A stretch of DNA of 64,000 nt from Nemertoderma westbladi (Eukaryota; Animalia; Xenacoelomorpha), in the NCBI GenBank assembly GCA_032718475.1, contig JAUCBJ010006764.1:1-64000 (forward strand), written 5' to 3'. Positions 36,031-48,766 of this stretch are shown piece by piece. The translations under genes and the position numbers were made by a program. The first letter of the stretch is position 1. Each line of letters opens with the position of its first letter. The notes beneath the pieces are model-generated. The model had not been told where the DNA came from and ran no database searches. It saw only the letters and a list, made by a program, of their open reading frames with translations.

Positions 36031-37970
36031 GCCAGCCAATAGACCATTAAGAGCCAGCAAACCCAGGACAAGCAAGCGAATCAACTATGACTGGGAGAAA
36101 CTTATAACTGATAATGCAGTAACACAAGGTAGGCGTTCCCATGGACGACAGGCTCGGGAGAATACTGGTGTATAGACAAATTTATGCATTCTGCACTGTC
36201 AGTGGATTCATTCCGCTCTACATTCAAACCTAAAATGGGAAAGGGAGCCAATTTAACAATACCGAGCCAGTAAGTGCGCCCGACAAGCCTACTTACAGCC
36301 ACAGGGAATGGTGGATGATGCAATGTGGTGGGTGAGTTGGACCAATTGGAGGGCAGAGCGGCATGTAACAGCCAGAAGCCAATGAATCATGTTAGCCTCC
36401 TAAAGGCAATGTATTCTACCCATATATATTACCGGTCATTCATTGTGCAGCCAGTTGGCATTCATTCCATTTATAGTGCAAAGGTGAAAAAGTTTTTCCA
36501 CCGCTTCGCTTCGCTACACTACACTACTGTGTGCTACCAGTATTACAGTATTCAGTCATTATATCTAAGATCAGTCGATTAACAGTAAAGTTCACCCCAA
36601 TAAACTCTTTATTCATCAGGCCTACGGCCGATCAGTACACCCAATCAGCAGCCGGCGCGAGCACGTAGGGAACTTCACCACAGTCAACCCGGTCGGGATA
36701 CTACGCCAAGCAGGACCCGTCTCATGCACATTACATATGCACAATACGTATGCACATTTATATTCGAAATGGTGTTATATTAATGTCGCCTGGTGCAATT
36801 TATACATTTATTTCGTCAGCAATTACCTTGACATTGTTTTTTTTGAAACATCCTTTATAGGCCGCTGTCGCTATTGGTTGATTACCTTCACCCAATCATT
36901 GGCCTATGGCCAGCTCCAGCTGTAGTGGTCCTTTGTTGCACCCTAATCAGGTAATACTCCCGAGCTAGGTTATCTAACAATGATGGAGGAGCATCCAGTA
37001 TAGATAGAGGGGCATACAGTACCATTTCATAAATGCATAACCTAAGGCTTCAATTGAGTCCTCAACACTGCACTGTAACCTTTGATGATTTTTTAAGTTG
37101 AAGGGGCGACCCTCCCACTTTTAATCAACTACTGTAATTGTTTAATTGGCTTCAGTTGCTGCTCAGGCTGCCCTACTGGAGTAACAGCTATATAAATAAT
37201 ATAATATAATAATAAATATATATAAATAATATAGATAATAGTGGTAGCATGATCAGAGGACCCTGGCCCAAATGTGACATCACTATGTTTACATCTATTG
37301 TCATTTTAATTTTGTCCGTCAATAGGGGGCCTAGTCATTTTAGTATTTTTATTAGATCTATTATTTATATTTGTATTTACTTTGTATTTCTGTGGTATTT
37401 CCTTTGCAGTTGCTAGTGGCAATGATAATCTGTATACTATATATTACATAGTATAGAAATGTTTATATTATTGACGATGTTATATTATAACATCGTTAAT
37501 AACAACAATAATAAAATATTTCAAAAGTATGCTCTCAAACAAACGTATTGCTCAAAATATAATATGGTTTACTCTAGAACTGAGAACTAGAAATAATTGT
37601 AATACTTATAACTTGTAATACTGTATAATGTCAGATTGTACACCATTAATAATAGGTCGATAAACTGTTCGTGTAACCGGCAGACCAGTCAGCGACATTA
37701 TACACTGTGCGTACGGTACGCTATAGGCCTACCATACATATTTCAAATACTAAATTTCAGCATTTTGGAAGTGCAAATGCAGTGTGGGTACTGCACTATT
37801 CTGGTATTATTAGGTTGTTCATTGTGATAGGCCTATAATGTAAAGACAAACCAAACTCAAACTTCATGACGAAAACATTGAGAAAAAACATTGAGAAAAA
37901 AAACATTGATAATTAATTGAGTTAATGATGGTTGATTCATAATATAAGTATAATTAAGTTTATTGCGAGA

Positions 37971-39230
37971 TTATAACAGTATTATAATATATTTCGTACC
38001 GACTGGCCTTGCTTCATCAGTTATAGGTCTGTAGGTGGGTTAACAAATACTAATGATAAGGGTACAATATAATAGAAAGGGAAACACATAAGTACAGTAT
38101 GATTAATGACATTCAGATGTAAATACAGTAATTGGTATTTTTATATAGTGATACTCGGGCATTCTGAATTCTGACTATGAGTACAGTGTAGGTCTATAGC
38201 AGTAATAATACGGTAACTGTATGATAAATCTAATATGATTAGGCCTATTATATATAATTACATTGTATGTACAGTATAAAGTTGATGATGAGTTATACAG
38301 TACGTATTTTAACTAAATTATTATGCATTATGAAAACTAATGTTATATGCCCTGAAATAATACATTGATACTGATACATGTTGCGTTATAATATCCTAAA
38401 TTAATAAATACTAATGGTTTCTTATCTTAAATTAATAAATACTAATTTGTCATATCCTAAATTAATAAATGCTAAATATGTCATATCCTAAATTAATAAA
38501 TGCTAATATGTCATATACTAAATTAATAAATGCTACTATTTTATTTTATAACCAAAATTAATGAATCCTAATATATTGGTGATTGTAAAACCTCCCCCTC
38601 CCCTATTTTTTTGTGTTAGTGTGTTTGTTTTTTGTGGTTCTGGGCCCTGTTCTAGAAATCTTGGATACCGCGTAGAAATGGTATGAATATTGATGATACG
38701 TTCACTGATAATCTACCGTTAATTACTTTGTCACCTCCTTCTTTTATAAATAAACTTTCTAGAATTCTTCGTCTTTAAAGTGTGGTTTAGTCCTATGTGT
38801 AATATTTTGGAGTTATCAAAATCAGGTGTGTGTTGTGATGTGATGATATGGGCGGTGAGTTCTGGTTGTTTGATTCTACCTTGTTTTATATCTGCAGTGT
38901 GTTGTTTTTGTCGGACATCCTTTGTATAACTAGATTCTCCTATGTAAAATTTTCCACATGAGAAAGGTATACTGTATGTTACGGAGTTTGGGGGTCTTTT
39001 GGGTTTGTGTCCTTTGCAGATCATTGATCCAATGGATGTACCGGGTTGAAAGTACTGTAGGTGCCGACCGATATTGTAACGATTACATAAACGTTCTAAA
39101 TCTTCCATTAGATATTTTACGTATGGAAGGGGAATGTTAGTCAGTGTTTTTTGTTGTTCAGTGTTGTGTATGATGCGTGTGGGGTCATATCAGTTTCTAT
39201 CGTACGAAATATATTATAATACTGTTATAA
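37971..39230 (-). mobile_element. Penelope-like element remnant (GIY-YIG endonuclease) bounded by a 29-bp inverted repeat
   Basis: ORF 38731-39108 contains VTYSIPFSCGKFYIGES...RQKQH...LTAHIITSQH. 37971-37999 is the exact reverse complement of 39202-39230. Confidence 0.75.
38385..38570. repeat. AT-rich minisatellite (~30-bp unit, ~6 copies)
   Basis: ATATCCTAAATTAATAAAT(A/G)CTAAT.. repeated. Confidence 0.75.
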
Positions 39231-39656
39231 AAAAAACATTGAGAAAAAAAAACTTTGAGAAAAAAATTAATTGCAATTTTTTTCTCAATGTTTTAGAAGA
39301 GAAAGGATGTTTATTTAATTAGGTAAGAGATTTAAAATAAATATAAAATTAAAGTTAAATAAAAGATCAAGTTACAGGATTATAACTCTAAATATTGTAA
39401 TGTTCTGCCCAATATCATCGAAATGGTCTATTAAGTAACAAGTTTTCTTCATCATCTGATCAAAATATTCTAGTTGCATTTTCTTATCTTTCTTGCTCCA
39501 TTTTAGATGATGCTCATGCAATTTTTTTTATAGATATTAATTCCTTCTCAAAAGTTTATTGACTCACATTTCTCAACACATTATCCCCAATTTTCGGCAC
39601 ATTGTAATTTTCTTTTGAGACCAATAATATAACATATCATTACAGTAATTAAATAA

Positions 39657-42469
39657 TTAACGGACACCGTTATGGTTACCGGGGTGGAGCGTGGGGATTC
39701 TACGCAACCACATTGCAGAGTTCCCGCACCACAAGGAGACAGAGCACCGTTGGAAGAGGTGGCGAATGGCTTCTCCTGTAGGAATTCCTCGTCTGAGACC
39801 TTGCAGTCTGGCAATCTCACCGATGGTGGAGGATGAGTGCGAGTGGGAATCCCATCCCCTTAGAGCTTCAACCACAAGTGGGGTGAAGCCTGTTCCGGAT
39901 TTCCTGCACTCAACCAAGTGAGCAGCAAGCTTGCGGTCTCTGGCGATGGATTGGGCGTGGCCTGCATCAGCAGCAGCACCATCTACAGTTCGGGCCTGCA
40001 GGGAGGAAATCATTGTGACATCTAGGGCCATTGGGCGACCATGATGCCAATTCGGTAGGAAAATGTCGGCAGGGCGGCTGCGGGAACCTGGAATGAGGCC
40101 TGGCACTTCACTCCGGGGCGCTAAGGCTGCTGATTGAGCAGCTAAGAATACAGCATTCCGGAGTGAGTCGTGGCGGGCTATCCGGTCCCCCTCACCACTG
40201 CAACCAATATGGTGATCTCCATAGGGGTCTGCGGGCGAGCCGCAAATGGGGCAAGGGGATGCAGTAGAGCTCATACGCACGCCAAGCCAGTAGCCATGTG
40301 GGAACGGTCGATGCAATTAAAGGAATTACTGAAATCCACAAGGAGGAACCACTTGCTGTCTGCAGGGATGGAGGAGTCCTCCAAAGGGGAGGAGACGGCC
40401 CTAACTATGGCTTTGCAGCCATTTGGTGTGGCTACCCGACCTGAATGGGAGAGAGAAGTGTGGAAGCAGCAAGGCACTTGGATAACAATCTTCTCATGGT
40501 TTCACCCATGGCGATTGGGTGCAGCCCGCCCCCCTTTTTCAAGCACGGGAACAAGGAGGGCCCACTGAGAAAGGGGAGAACTGATGGGAGAACTTGACCA
40601 GAAGCCATACAGTTTGCTGCACTGCAAAGGGCAGAAAGCGCTCTGTTGGCTTTAGAAGGGGATGATGGGGTGGAGATGACCTCGTTCAGGTGGGCGGAAT
40701 TGGGATGGACCAGGCGAGGAGCCAGGAGGGAATGACTTGATGGCCTTAGCGATGCCTGCGGTAGATATTGGAGCTGGAGGTGGAACAGGGCCAATGGGGG
40801 GAGAAGGGGGTTGGGCGTGGGTGCTTTGAAAGCATGTCGAGGAAAGTTTCCTGGGAAATCTCGGCCAAGCCTTCGGATAGGAGTGCCTGAGCAGCCTTGC
40901 TGTACTGCCTGTCAGCCATGGCGCGACGGGCCCTAAAAGTGTTGGATTCCCGGGTTGACACTGTGGAGTTTTTGTTGGGCCTTTTTGGATTCCTTGCTGT
41001 GGAGCGGTTCGGGTAGGTATCTTCCCATAAGGCAAGTATGTCTCCGCTGAGCCATTTACGAAGGCGAGATTTCACTGTTTTCTCAGTGTCCTTCCAGTGG
41101 GTGCGACCTGCCCTTTTGGGGTTTGTCAAAATACAAGGAGCCAGAAGGAAAACAAGAACCCAGGGGTCGGGATTGAGAGGATCGCGCGAGATGGATGAAA
41201 AACATTGCCAACTGCCTCAGCCCAGAGATCTCGGCATGACTTGGGAATGTGGCGGAGAGTTGGTATTTTTGCAACCAGGATGCATTCAATGGATGTTAGG
41301 GAAATGTGGACTGTAGGGAGTGCATTCGTGGTAGATGGACCAATGGGAGTGCGGGATCAATAATGATGCGGTTTTCAGGTTGAGAAACCAGTCCAATGTG
41401 ATCAGGTGACCGGATTGTGGCCTCAATGAGTCGGGCCTTTGATGTAGCTTTGTTCCCTGCCAATGGGAGGCCAAGGCCGTTGAGGTGGAGCTTGAGGTCA
41501 CAGACCCTCAGGCTGTCCTGTCTATCCGAGAGGCTCTAACATCTTGATTTTGGAGGGGAAGTTCTTGAGGTGTGGAAGGGTCGTGGGATGATTGTGTGAA
41601 GGACATATGGTTTGATGTGGTGGGTGAGATGGGGGGAATATTGTTAATAGTAGGATCAGTGTGGGGTGATAGGAGGGTGAGGGTTGGGAGGGAATAGAGG
41701 TCTGGAGTTTGTGCTGAATGGATGGCTGGATGGATGTTGTTGAGTCAGGGGTATGCATGATGGTGGCCCTGGGTAAGGGATCGGGGGTTGAGATTAGGAT
41801 GTCGGTAGGTATATGGTCACGGTGGTGTGTGTTCAGTGCAGAACCAGATCTGACCAGACTAGCTCCCATAGAAACCTCCAGATATGTTAGAGAGCGAAAA
41901 GAACTGATAGAGCAGTGATTAATATCTACCAAGACTGACGTTTGGCAGCCCTCCAGGCACCATTTCGCAAGCCTGCATATGTATACCCCACATTGGTGCG
42001 TGTTAAACTGGACACGCTTGATCGATGGACACACTTTGATTGGAGGGAGAGACAACTTCGATTCTTTTGCCATTAGGAGAGCCCATTCCTTGATGGAGTC
42101 AATAGCCTTAGGGTTTGTGCCTCCATACGAGTCAAAATACCAGATTTTGGATTTTAATGGAGAGAAAACTGCTAATGTCCAATGGCAATTATTGATGTTG
42201 ATAGGGAAGAAGATGAACTCGTTTTCAAGCACGGGGACTGAAATTCCTCTACTGAGCTGTTTTCTGCACTTAAAACCCCCAGACTGGAATATTTCCAGGA
42301 AGTGAGAGTTGAAAATTCTAGCAGGGCCTTCATGAAGGAGACAGAAAGAGTGGATTACAGCTTCTATGACATTGTCGGTAAGCCAGTTATCATGGTTTAA
42401 GGACTCAAAGTCATGGAAAGAAAGGGGTAATAGTACACTATCTGTGAGACTAATATAGTGGATATCCAT
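39657..42469 (-). mobile_element. CRE-like RLE-type non-LTR retrotransposon with upstream Ulp1 domain, RT internally deleted
   Basis: Ordered pieces: Ulp1; VKSRLRKWLSGDILALW; QYSKAAQAL; AIKSFPPGSSPGPS; KKGGGLHPIAMGETMRRL; LLVDFSNSFNCIDR; CPICG..DPYGDHHIGC; RPADIFL..ALDVT; GFTPLVVE. Confidence 0.85.
41522..42469 (-). CDS. Ulp1/SENP (peptidase C48) SUMO-protease-like domain
   Basis: WLTDNVIE, FFPININNCHWTLAV, YFDSYG, QFNTHQCGVYIC: His-Asp-Cys triad plus the oxyanion Gln. Confidence 0.85.
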   Translation of the reverse strand: MDIHYISLTDSVLLPLSFHDFESLNHDNWLTDNVIEAVIHSFCLLHEGPARIFNSHFLEIFQSGGFKCRKQLSRGISVPVLENEFIFFPININNCHWTLAVFSPLKSKIWYFDSYGGTNPKAIDSIKEWALLMAKESKLSLPPIKVCPSIKRVQFNTHQCGVYICRLAKWCLEGCQTSVLVDINHCSISSFRSLTYLEVSMGASLVRSGSALNTHHRDHIPTDILISTPDPLPRATIMHTPDSTTSIQPSIQHKLQTSIPSQPSPSYHPTLILLLTIFPPSHPPHQTICPSHNHPTTLPHLKNFPSKIKMLEPLG

Positions 42470-43259
42470 GATAGGGGAGGATAATTAAGCACCATTGAAT
42501 CTTGTTTTATCAGAAAGTTGTAGAAAATTCACAGACATCTAATCCTCAATTTCATTGTCAGTACTAGTCAGTTTCCCCTCAAATTGCGAGCAAATATAGA
42601 GATAATTGGATCGATGTTCTACTCTCGAATTAGTAATGAAACTCCACGTTTTGGTTTAACAGACCCTCGAATACCAGTTTTCCGCTGATGGGGCCACGTT
42701 GCTAAGCGCAGGCTAGTGTACCAATTAACCACATAAAATATTGTAATATTTATATATCAATTTAAGCTATTAATTGCAGACTACATTACAACTACCACTA
42801 GCTAACATTTTTTTTCTTCACAAAATTTTTCAAAACGAAATTACGAGGAGAAATGAAACAAATACATTGAGAAAAAAAAACATTGAATAGTAATACAAAA
42901 TGTATGCCATACACATTCCTATATAATTGAAGCAATTATTACTAGCATCCCTGTTTGACCTCACCATCCAATAATCTCCATTGCGAAGAATTCATTTAAC
43001 TTTGGTTAAATGACTATTATAATATATTTGTTTTAATGATTGATATCTTGCTAATTATGTGAATAAAATAATTACCTCAATAGAACAATCTATCCATCTT
43101 GATATTGACTAAGACAAGGTTAACCTCGAAGCTTGCCAGCTCGTCAATATATTTATCATATGATATATAATTATAATTAATCATATGTACATCTATATTA
43201 ATGTAGTTTCCGTATAATCGGTAGTAGCGCCCGAATCACGGATATACCTGGGGCCATGG

Positions 43260-45105
43260 TATGGTAGCCCTGAAGGGACATACTCGATTTTGTTTCATTC
43301 CCATGAAAAAATTGAAAAAAAAAGATTTTAGAATTTCTTGTTTTTTTTCAATTTTTAGTTTATTTCTCAAAATAAAAAATAAAGAAAAAACAAGATTTTA
43401 GAATTTCTTGTTTTTTTCTATTTTTATTTTATTTCTCAAAAAAAATAATAATAAAAAAACAGATTTTAGAATTTCTTGTTTTTTTCAATTTTTTTTTTAT
43501 TTCTCAGAAAAAAAAGAATAAAAAAATAATCTTTTTAGAATTTCTTGTTTTTTCTATTTTTTTTTATTTCTCAGAAAAAAAATAATAAAAAAACAAGATT
43601 TTATAAATTCTTGTTTTTTATATTTTTAATTTATTTCTCAAAAAAAAATAAAAAATAAAAAAACAAGAAATTGGACAGTACTGCTATTATGGTGCGAAAT
43701 TTGAAATTAATTATACAATATTCTTGTTGGTGTACATACGGTGTAGGCCTACAGGCGGCGTAGGCTTACATAGAATGTCTTCCATTTACGAATTAATTTC
43801 AGCTTATTTTTATTTATAAGTTTACATCAATGGAAACAGTGTTGATGATGAAAACTGTGAACAATATAGATATTTTAGAAAAGAACTAAAAACGTCAAAA
43901 AGCCAAACTAGATTTAAAGAATTGAATGGGAGAATCTTTTAGGCTCGTTAAGCCAAGGAATGCCTGTTCACCACCATGGGTGATCTTCCACAGTAAACCC
44001 TTCCACTCTGTTTCCCAAGTTGCCTTGGTTTCTATTTATCGACCACTGAAGGATGAAAGCCGGGGTTGGGCTAGGCTGCAGCATTTAAAGCACTGTGCCC
44101 AAACAGTGCTGCCCCATCTAGGGACCGAACCCGGACTCCCTAATCGGAATCACAGTAATGTCACCACTAGACCAAGCTGCTGCTTTTAAAGAATTGATTA
44201 AATAATTGAAAGATTTAAAGAATTGAAAATATGAAACCTCTATACAGAAGATAATATCTACAATGGAGTTGGAACTATTACGAATTAACTGTGGTTACCG
44301 CATGGTTCATCAACGGATTTGGAACCGTCATCTGATGAATGTTAATGTTCCAAAGGAGACAGTACGAATACTCGTAAAGTACCTAGACCCAGCTGGTGTA
44401 AATTCCAGACTACGTAAGACTCTCGATCAAATGGATCTAAAGGTCCCAATTACTGTCAACACATTGACAGCTAGATAAACTTAAACCATATAGGTTCCCC
44501 ATTCACACGGTCATAGATGGATCTCAAGGGAAGTGCTGTAAATGCTAAGAATTTAATATATTTTAACAACGGGGAAAGTAAATTCATTGCAACCCCATTG
44601 CTTGCTTTTTTCCCGGGAGAAAAGGGGCTTTAGTTTATCCTGATTTTGGGGTGTAATGAGGTTCCCAAAATTAATTTTATTATCGACTGTACAAGTTTGC
44701 CACCAAGAGTGTTTATTTCCTTCCAGATGCTTAGGAGGTCCGATAGGCTTATCTCTGCTTTTATCACTTTGTAATCGTTTATCATTGCTACTGGTAAGAG
44801 GACAAGGTTTTCGTGTTTTTTTCCATCTGTATTGCTGAGTAGGTTCCTCTAATCAAGTGATTGAGTTTCTGGCTTCGCCGGTTTATTTTAGCTTCTGGGG
44901 TTTCAGTTGCAATTTCAAAATCGGAACCGCTATTATGGTCTGCCCCAGACATCAGACCTATGATTGTTGACTGGGTGCTGCTGGTACCAAAATACAGGAA
45001 TACAGTGTGTACTAAATAATATTATTTGTTACACCTTGAGTAGTATACACAACAAATTAACAGTACAGTAGTAGTTATATAATTTCAAATTTCGCGCCAT
45101 AATAC
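43260..45105 (+). mobile_element. Third IS3EU-like family, degraded
   Basis: Terminus TATGGTAGCCCTGAAGGGACA at 43260, AT-rich hairpin array at ~43320-43670, transposase remnants (ELISAYF; INCGYRMVHQRIW..VPKETVRILVKYLDPAGV; DKLKP.GFPIH). An inner inverted repeat TATTATGG.GCGAAATTTGAAATTA occurs at ~43686 and ~45079-45104. Confidence 0.75.
43926..44184 (-). mobile_element. tRNA-derived SINE inserted in the transposase
   Basis: 13-bp TSD TTTAAAGAATTGA (43913-43925, 44185-44197). On minus: A box TGGTCTAGTGG, B box GGTTCGGTCCC, core GCTTTCATCCTTCAGTGGTCGATAAAT. Confidence 0.85.
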
Positions 45106-45670
45106 TAGGGGTCATATACTTTTTTCATGCAATACATCAATTTATTTCGTAAAAACAAAATTGCCGTTTCACCTCCACTTAGTTGAATTTTAGTACCTGT
45201 AGAATTTTAAATTTGAGTATATTTTAGAATTTTAGTACCAGTGTTAATGATATTTACAGTATAACTGTTAGTAAAAGCTTATTCCACAAATGCGCAATGG
45301 TTTTGGAATGGTTCTATTTAGAAGTATTTAAGAAGCATTATTTTCGGCGGAACAAAGTACCCGGCCGTCAGTACTACTACTGTATATGAACAACATACTG
45401 TAGAATGAATCTTACACTCTGCTTTTGTTAGGTTAATAAAGGTGAAAATACGCAAAAGCGCAACGGCCCAGCATAATAATGGCGCAAAGTGTTATATAAC
45501 CATAATAGTCAGCAGCATTGGAGCAACAGCCAAATATTGGTTTATTGTATTTTCCGTTGCGTTCTGTAATATTCCATTTCTGTAGTGCCGATGCCGCAAT
45601 CGCAATATCCAGAACTGGATAGTGTAATATTTACAATAAACACGAAATGTTTGTATTTATGTAATATAAT

Positions 45671-48600
45671 AATGTTTATACATACAGTAATGTACATAAT
45701 GTTTATACTGTACAAACAGTAATGTACATAATGTTTATACTGTACATACAGTAATGTACATAATGTTTATACTGTACATACAGTAATGTACATAATGTTT
45801 ATACTGTTTATACTGTACATACAGTAATGTACATAATGTTTATACTGTACATACAGTAATGTACATAATGTTTCTACTGTACATACAGTAATGTACATAA
45901 TGTTTATACTGTACATACAGTAATGTACATAATGTTTATACTGTACATACAGTAATGTACATAATGTTTATACTGTACATACAGTAATGTACATAATGTT
46001 TATACTGTACATACAGTAATGTACATAATGTTTATACTGTACATACAGTAATGTACATAATGTTTATACTGTACATACAGTAATGTACATAATGTTTATA
46101 CTGTACATACGGTACTGTAATGTACATAATGTTTATACTGTACCTACAGTAATGTACATAATGTTTATACTGTACATACAGTAATGTACATAATGTTTAT
46201 ACTGTACATACAGTAATGTACATAATGTTTATACTGTACATACAGTAATGTACATAATGTTTATACTGTACATACAGTAATGTACATAATGTTTATACTG
46301 TACATACAGTAATGTACATAATGTTTATACTGTACATACAGTAATGTACATAATGTTTATACTGTACATACAGTAATGTACATAATGTTTATACTGTACA
46401 TACAGTAATGTACATAATGTTTATACTATACATACAGTAATGTACATAATGTTTATACTGTACATACAGTAATGTACATAATGTTTATACTGTACATACA
46501 GTAATGTACATAATGTTTATACTGTACATACAGTAATGTACATAATGTTTATACTGTACATACAGTAATGTACATAATGTTTATACTGTACATACAGTAA
46601 TGTACATAATGTTTATACTGTACATACAGTAATGTACATAATGTTTATACTGTACATACAGTAATGTACATAATGTTTATACTGTACATACAGTAATGTA
46701 CATAATGTTTATACATACTGTAATGTACATAATGTTTATACTGTACATACAGTAATGTACATAATGTTTATACTGTACATACAGTAATGTACATAATGTT
46801 TATACATACTGTAATTTACATAATGTTTATACTGTACATACAGTAATGTACATAATGTTTATACTGTTTATACTGTACATACAGTAATGTACATAATGTT
46901 TATACTGTACATACAGTAATGTACATAATGTTTCTACTGTACATACAGTAATGTACATAATGTTTATACTGTACATACAGTAATGTACATAATGTTTATA
47001 CTGTACATACAGTAATGTACATAATGTTTATACTGTACATACAGTAATGTACATAATGTTTATACTGTACATACAGTAATGTACATAATGTTTATACTGT
47101 ACATACAGTAATGTACATAATGTTTATACTGTACATACGGTACTGTAATGTACATAATGTTTATACTGTACCTACAGTAATGTACATAATGTTTATACTG
47201 TACATACAGTAATGTACATAATGTTTATACTGTACATACAGTAATGTACATAATGTTTATACTGTACCTACAGTAATGTACATAATGTTTATACTGTACA
47301 TACAGTAATGTACATAATGTTTATACTGTACATACAGTAATGTACATAATGTTTATACTGTACATACGGTACTGTAATGTACATAATGTTTATACTGTAC
47401 CTACAGTAATGTACATAATGTTTATACTGTACATACAGTAATGTACATAATGTTTATACTGTACATACAGTAATGTACATAATGTTTATACTGTACATAC
47501 AGTAATGTACATAATGTTTATACTGTACATACAGTAATGTACATAATGTTTATACTGTACATACAGTAATGTACATAATGTTTATACTGTACATACAGTA
47601 ATGTACATAATGTTTATACTGTACATACAGTAATGTACATAATGTTTATACTGTACATACAGTAATGTACATAATGTTTATACATACTGTAATGTACATA
47701 ATGTTTATACTGTACATACAGTAATGTACATAATGTTTATACTGTACATACAGTAATGTACATAATGTTTATACATACTGTAATTTACATAATGTTTATA
47801 CTGTACATACAGTAATGTACATAATGTTTATACTGTTTATACTGTACATACAGTAATGTACATAATGTTTATACTGTACATACAGTAATGTACATAATGT
47901 TTCTACTGTACATACAGTAATGTACATAATGTTTATACTGTACATACAGTAATGTACATAATGTTTATACTGTACATACAGTAATGTACATAATGTTTAT
48001 ACTGTACATACAGTAATGTACATAATGTTTATACTGTACATACAGTAATGTACATAATGTTTATACTGTACATACAGTAATGTACATAATGTTTATACTG
48101 TACATACGGTACTGTAATGTACATAATGTTTATACTGTACCTACAGTAATGTACATAATGTTTATACTGTACATACAGTAATGTACATAATGTTTATACT
48201 GTACATACAGTAATGTACATAATGTTTATACTGTACCTACAGTAATGTACATAATGTTTATACTGTACATACAGTAATGTACATAATGTTTATACTGTAC
48301 ATACAGTAATGTACATAATGTTTATACTGTACATACGGTACTGTAATGTACATAATGTTTATACTGTACCTACAGTAATGTACATAATGTTTATACTGTA
48401 CATACAGTAATGTACATAATGTTTATACTGTACATACAGTAATGTACATAATGTTTATACTGTACATACAGTAATGTACATAATGTTTATACTGTACATA
48501 CAGTAATGTACATAATGTTTATACTGTACATACAGTAATGTACATAATGTTTATACTGTACATACAGTAATGTACATAATGTTTATACATACTGTAATGT

Positions 48601-48766
48601 ACATAATGTTTATACTGTACATACAGTAATGTACATAATGTTTATACTGTACATACAGTAATGTACATAATGTTTATACTGTACATACAGTAATGTACAT
48701 AATGTTTATACTGTACCTACAGTAATGTACATAATGTTTATACTGTACATACAGTAATGTACATAA
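45671..48766. repeat. 32-bp tandem satellite (~95 copies)
   Basis: Unit TACATACAGTAATGTACATAATGTTTATACTG, highly homogeneous. Confidence 0.98.

Noticed and set aside
42600-42730. HDV-like ribozyme or spliced-leader target at the 5' end of the CRE-like element
   Set aside because: I could not build the nested pseudoknot or recognise an SL/Sm motif by eye.
45671-48766. CRISPR array or coding repeat
   Set aside because: Head-to-tail 32-mers with no spacers and no ORF.
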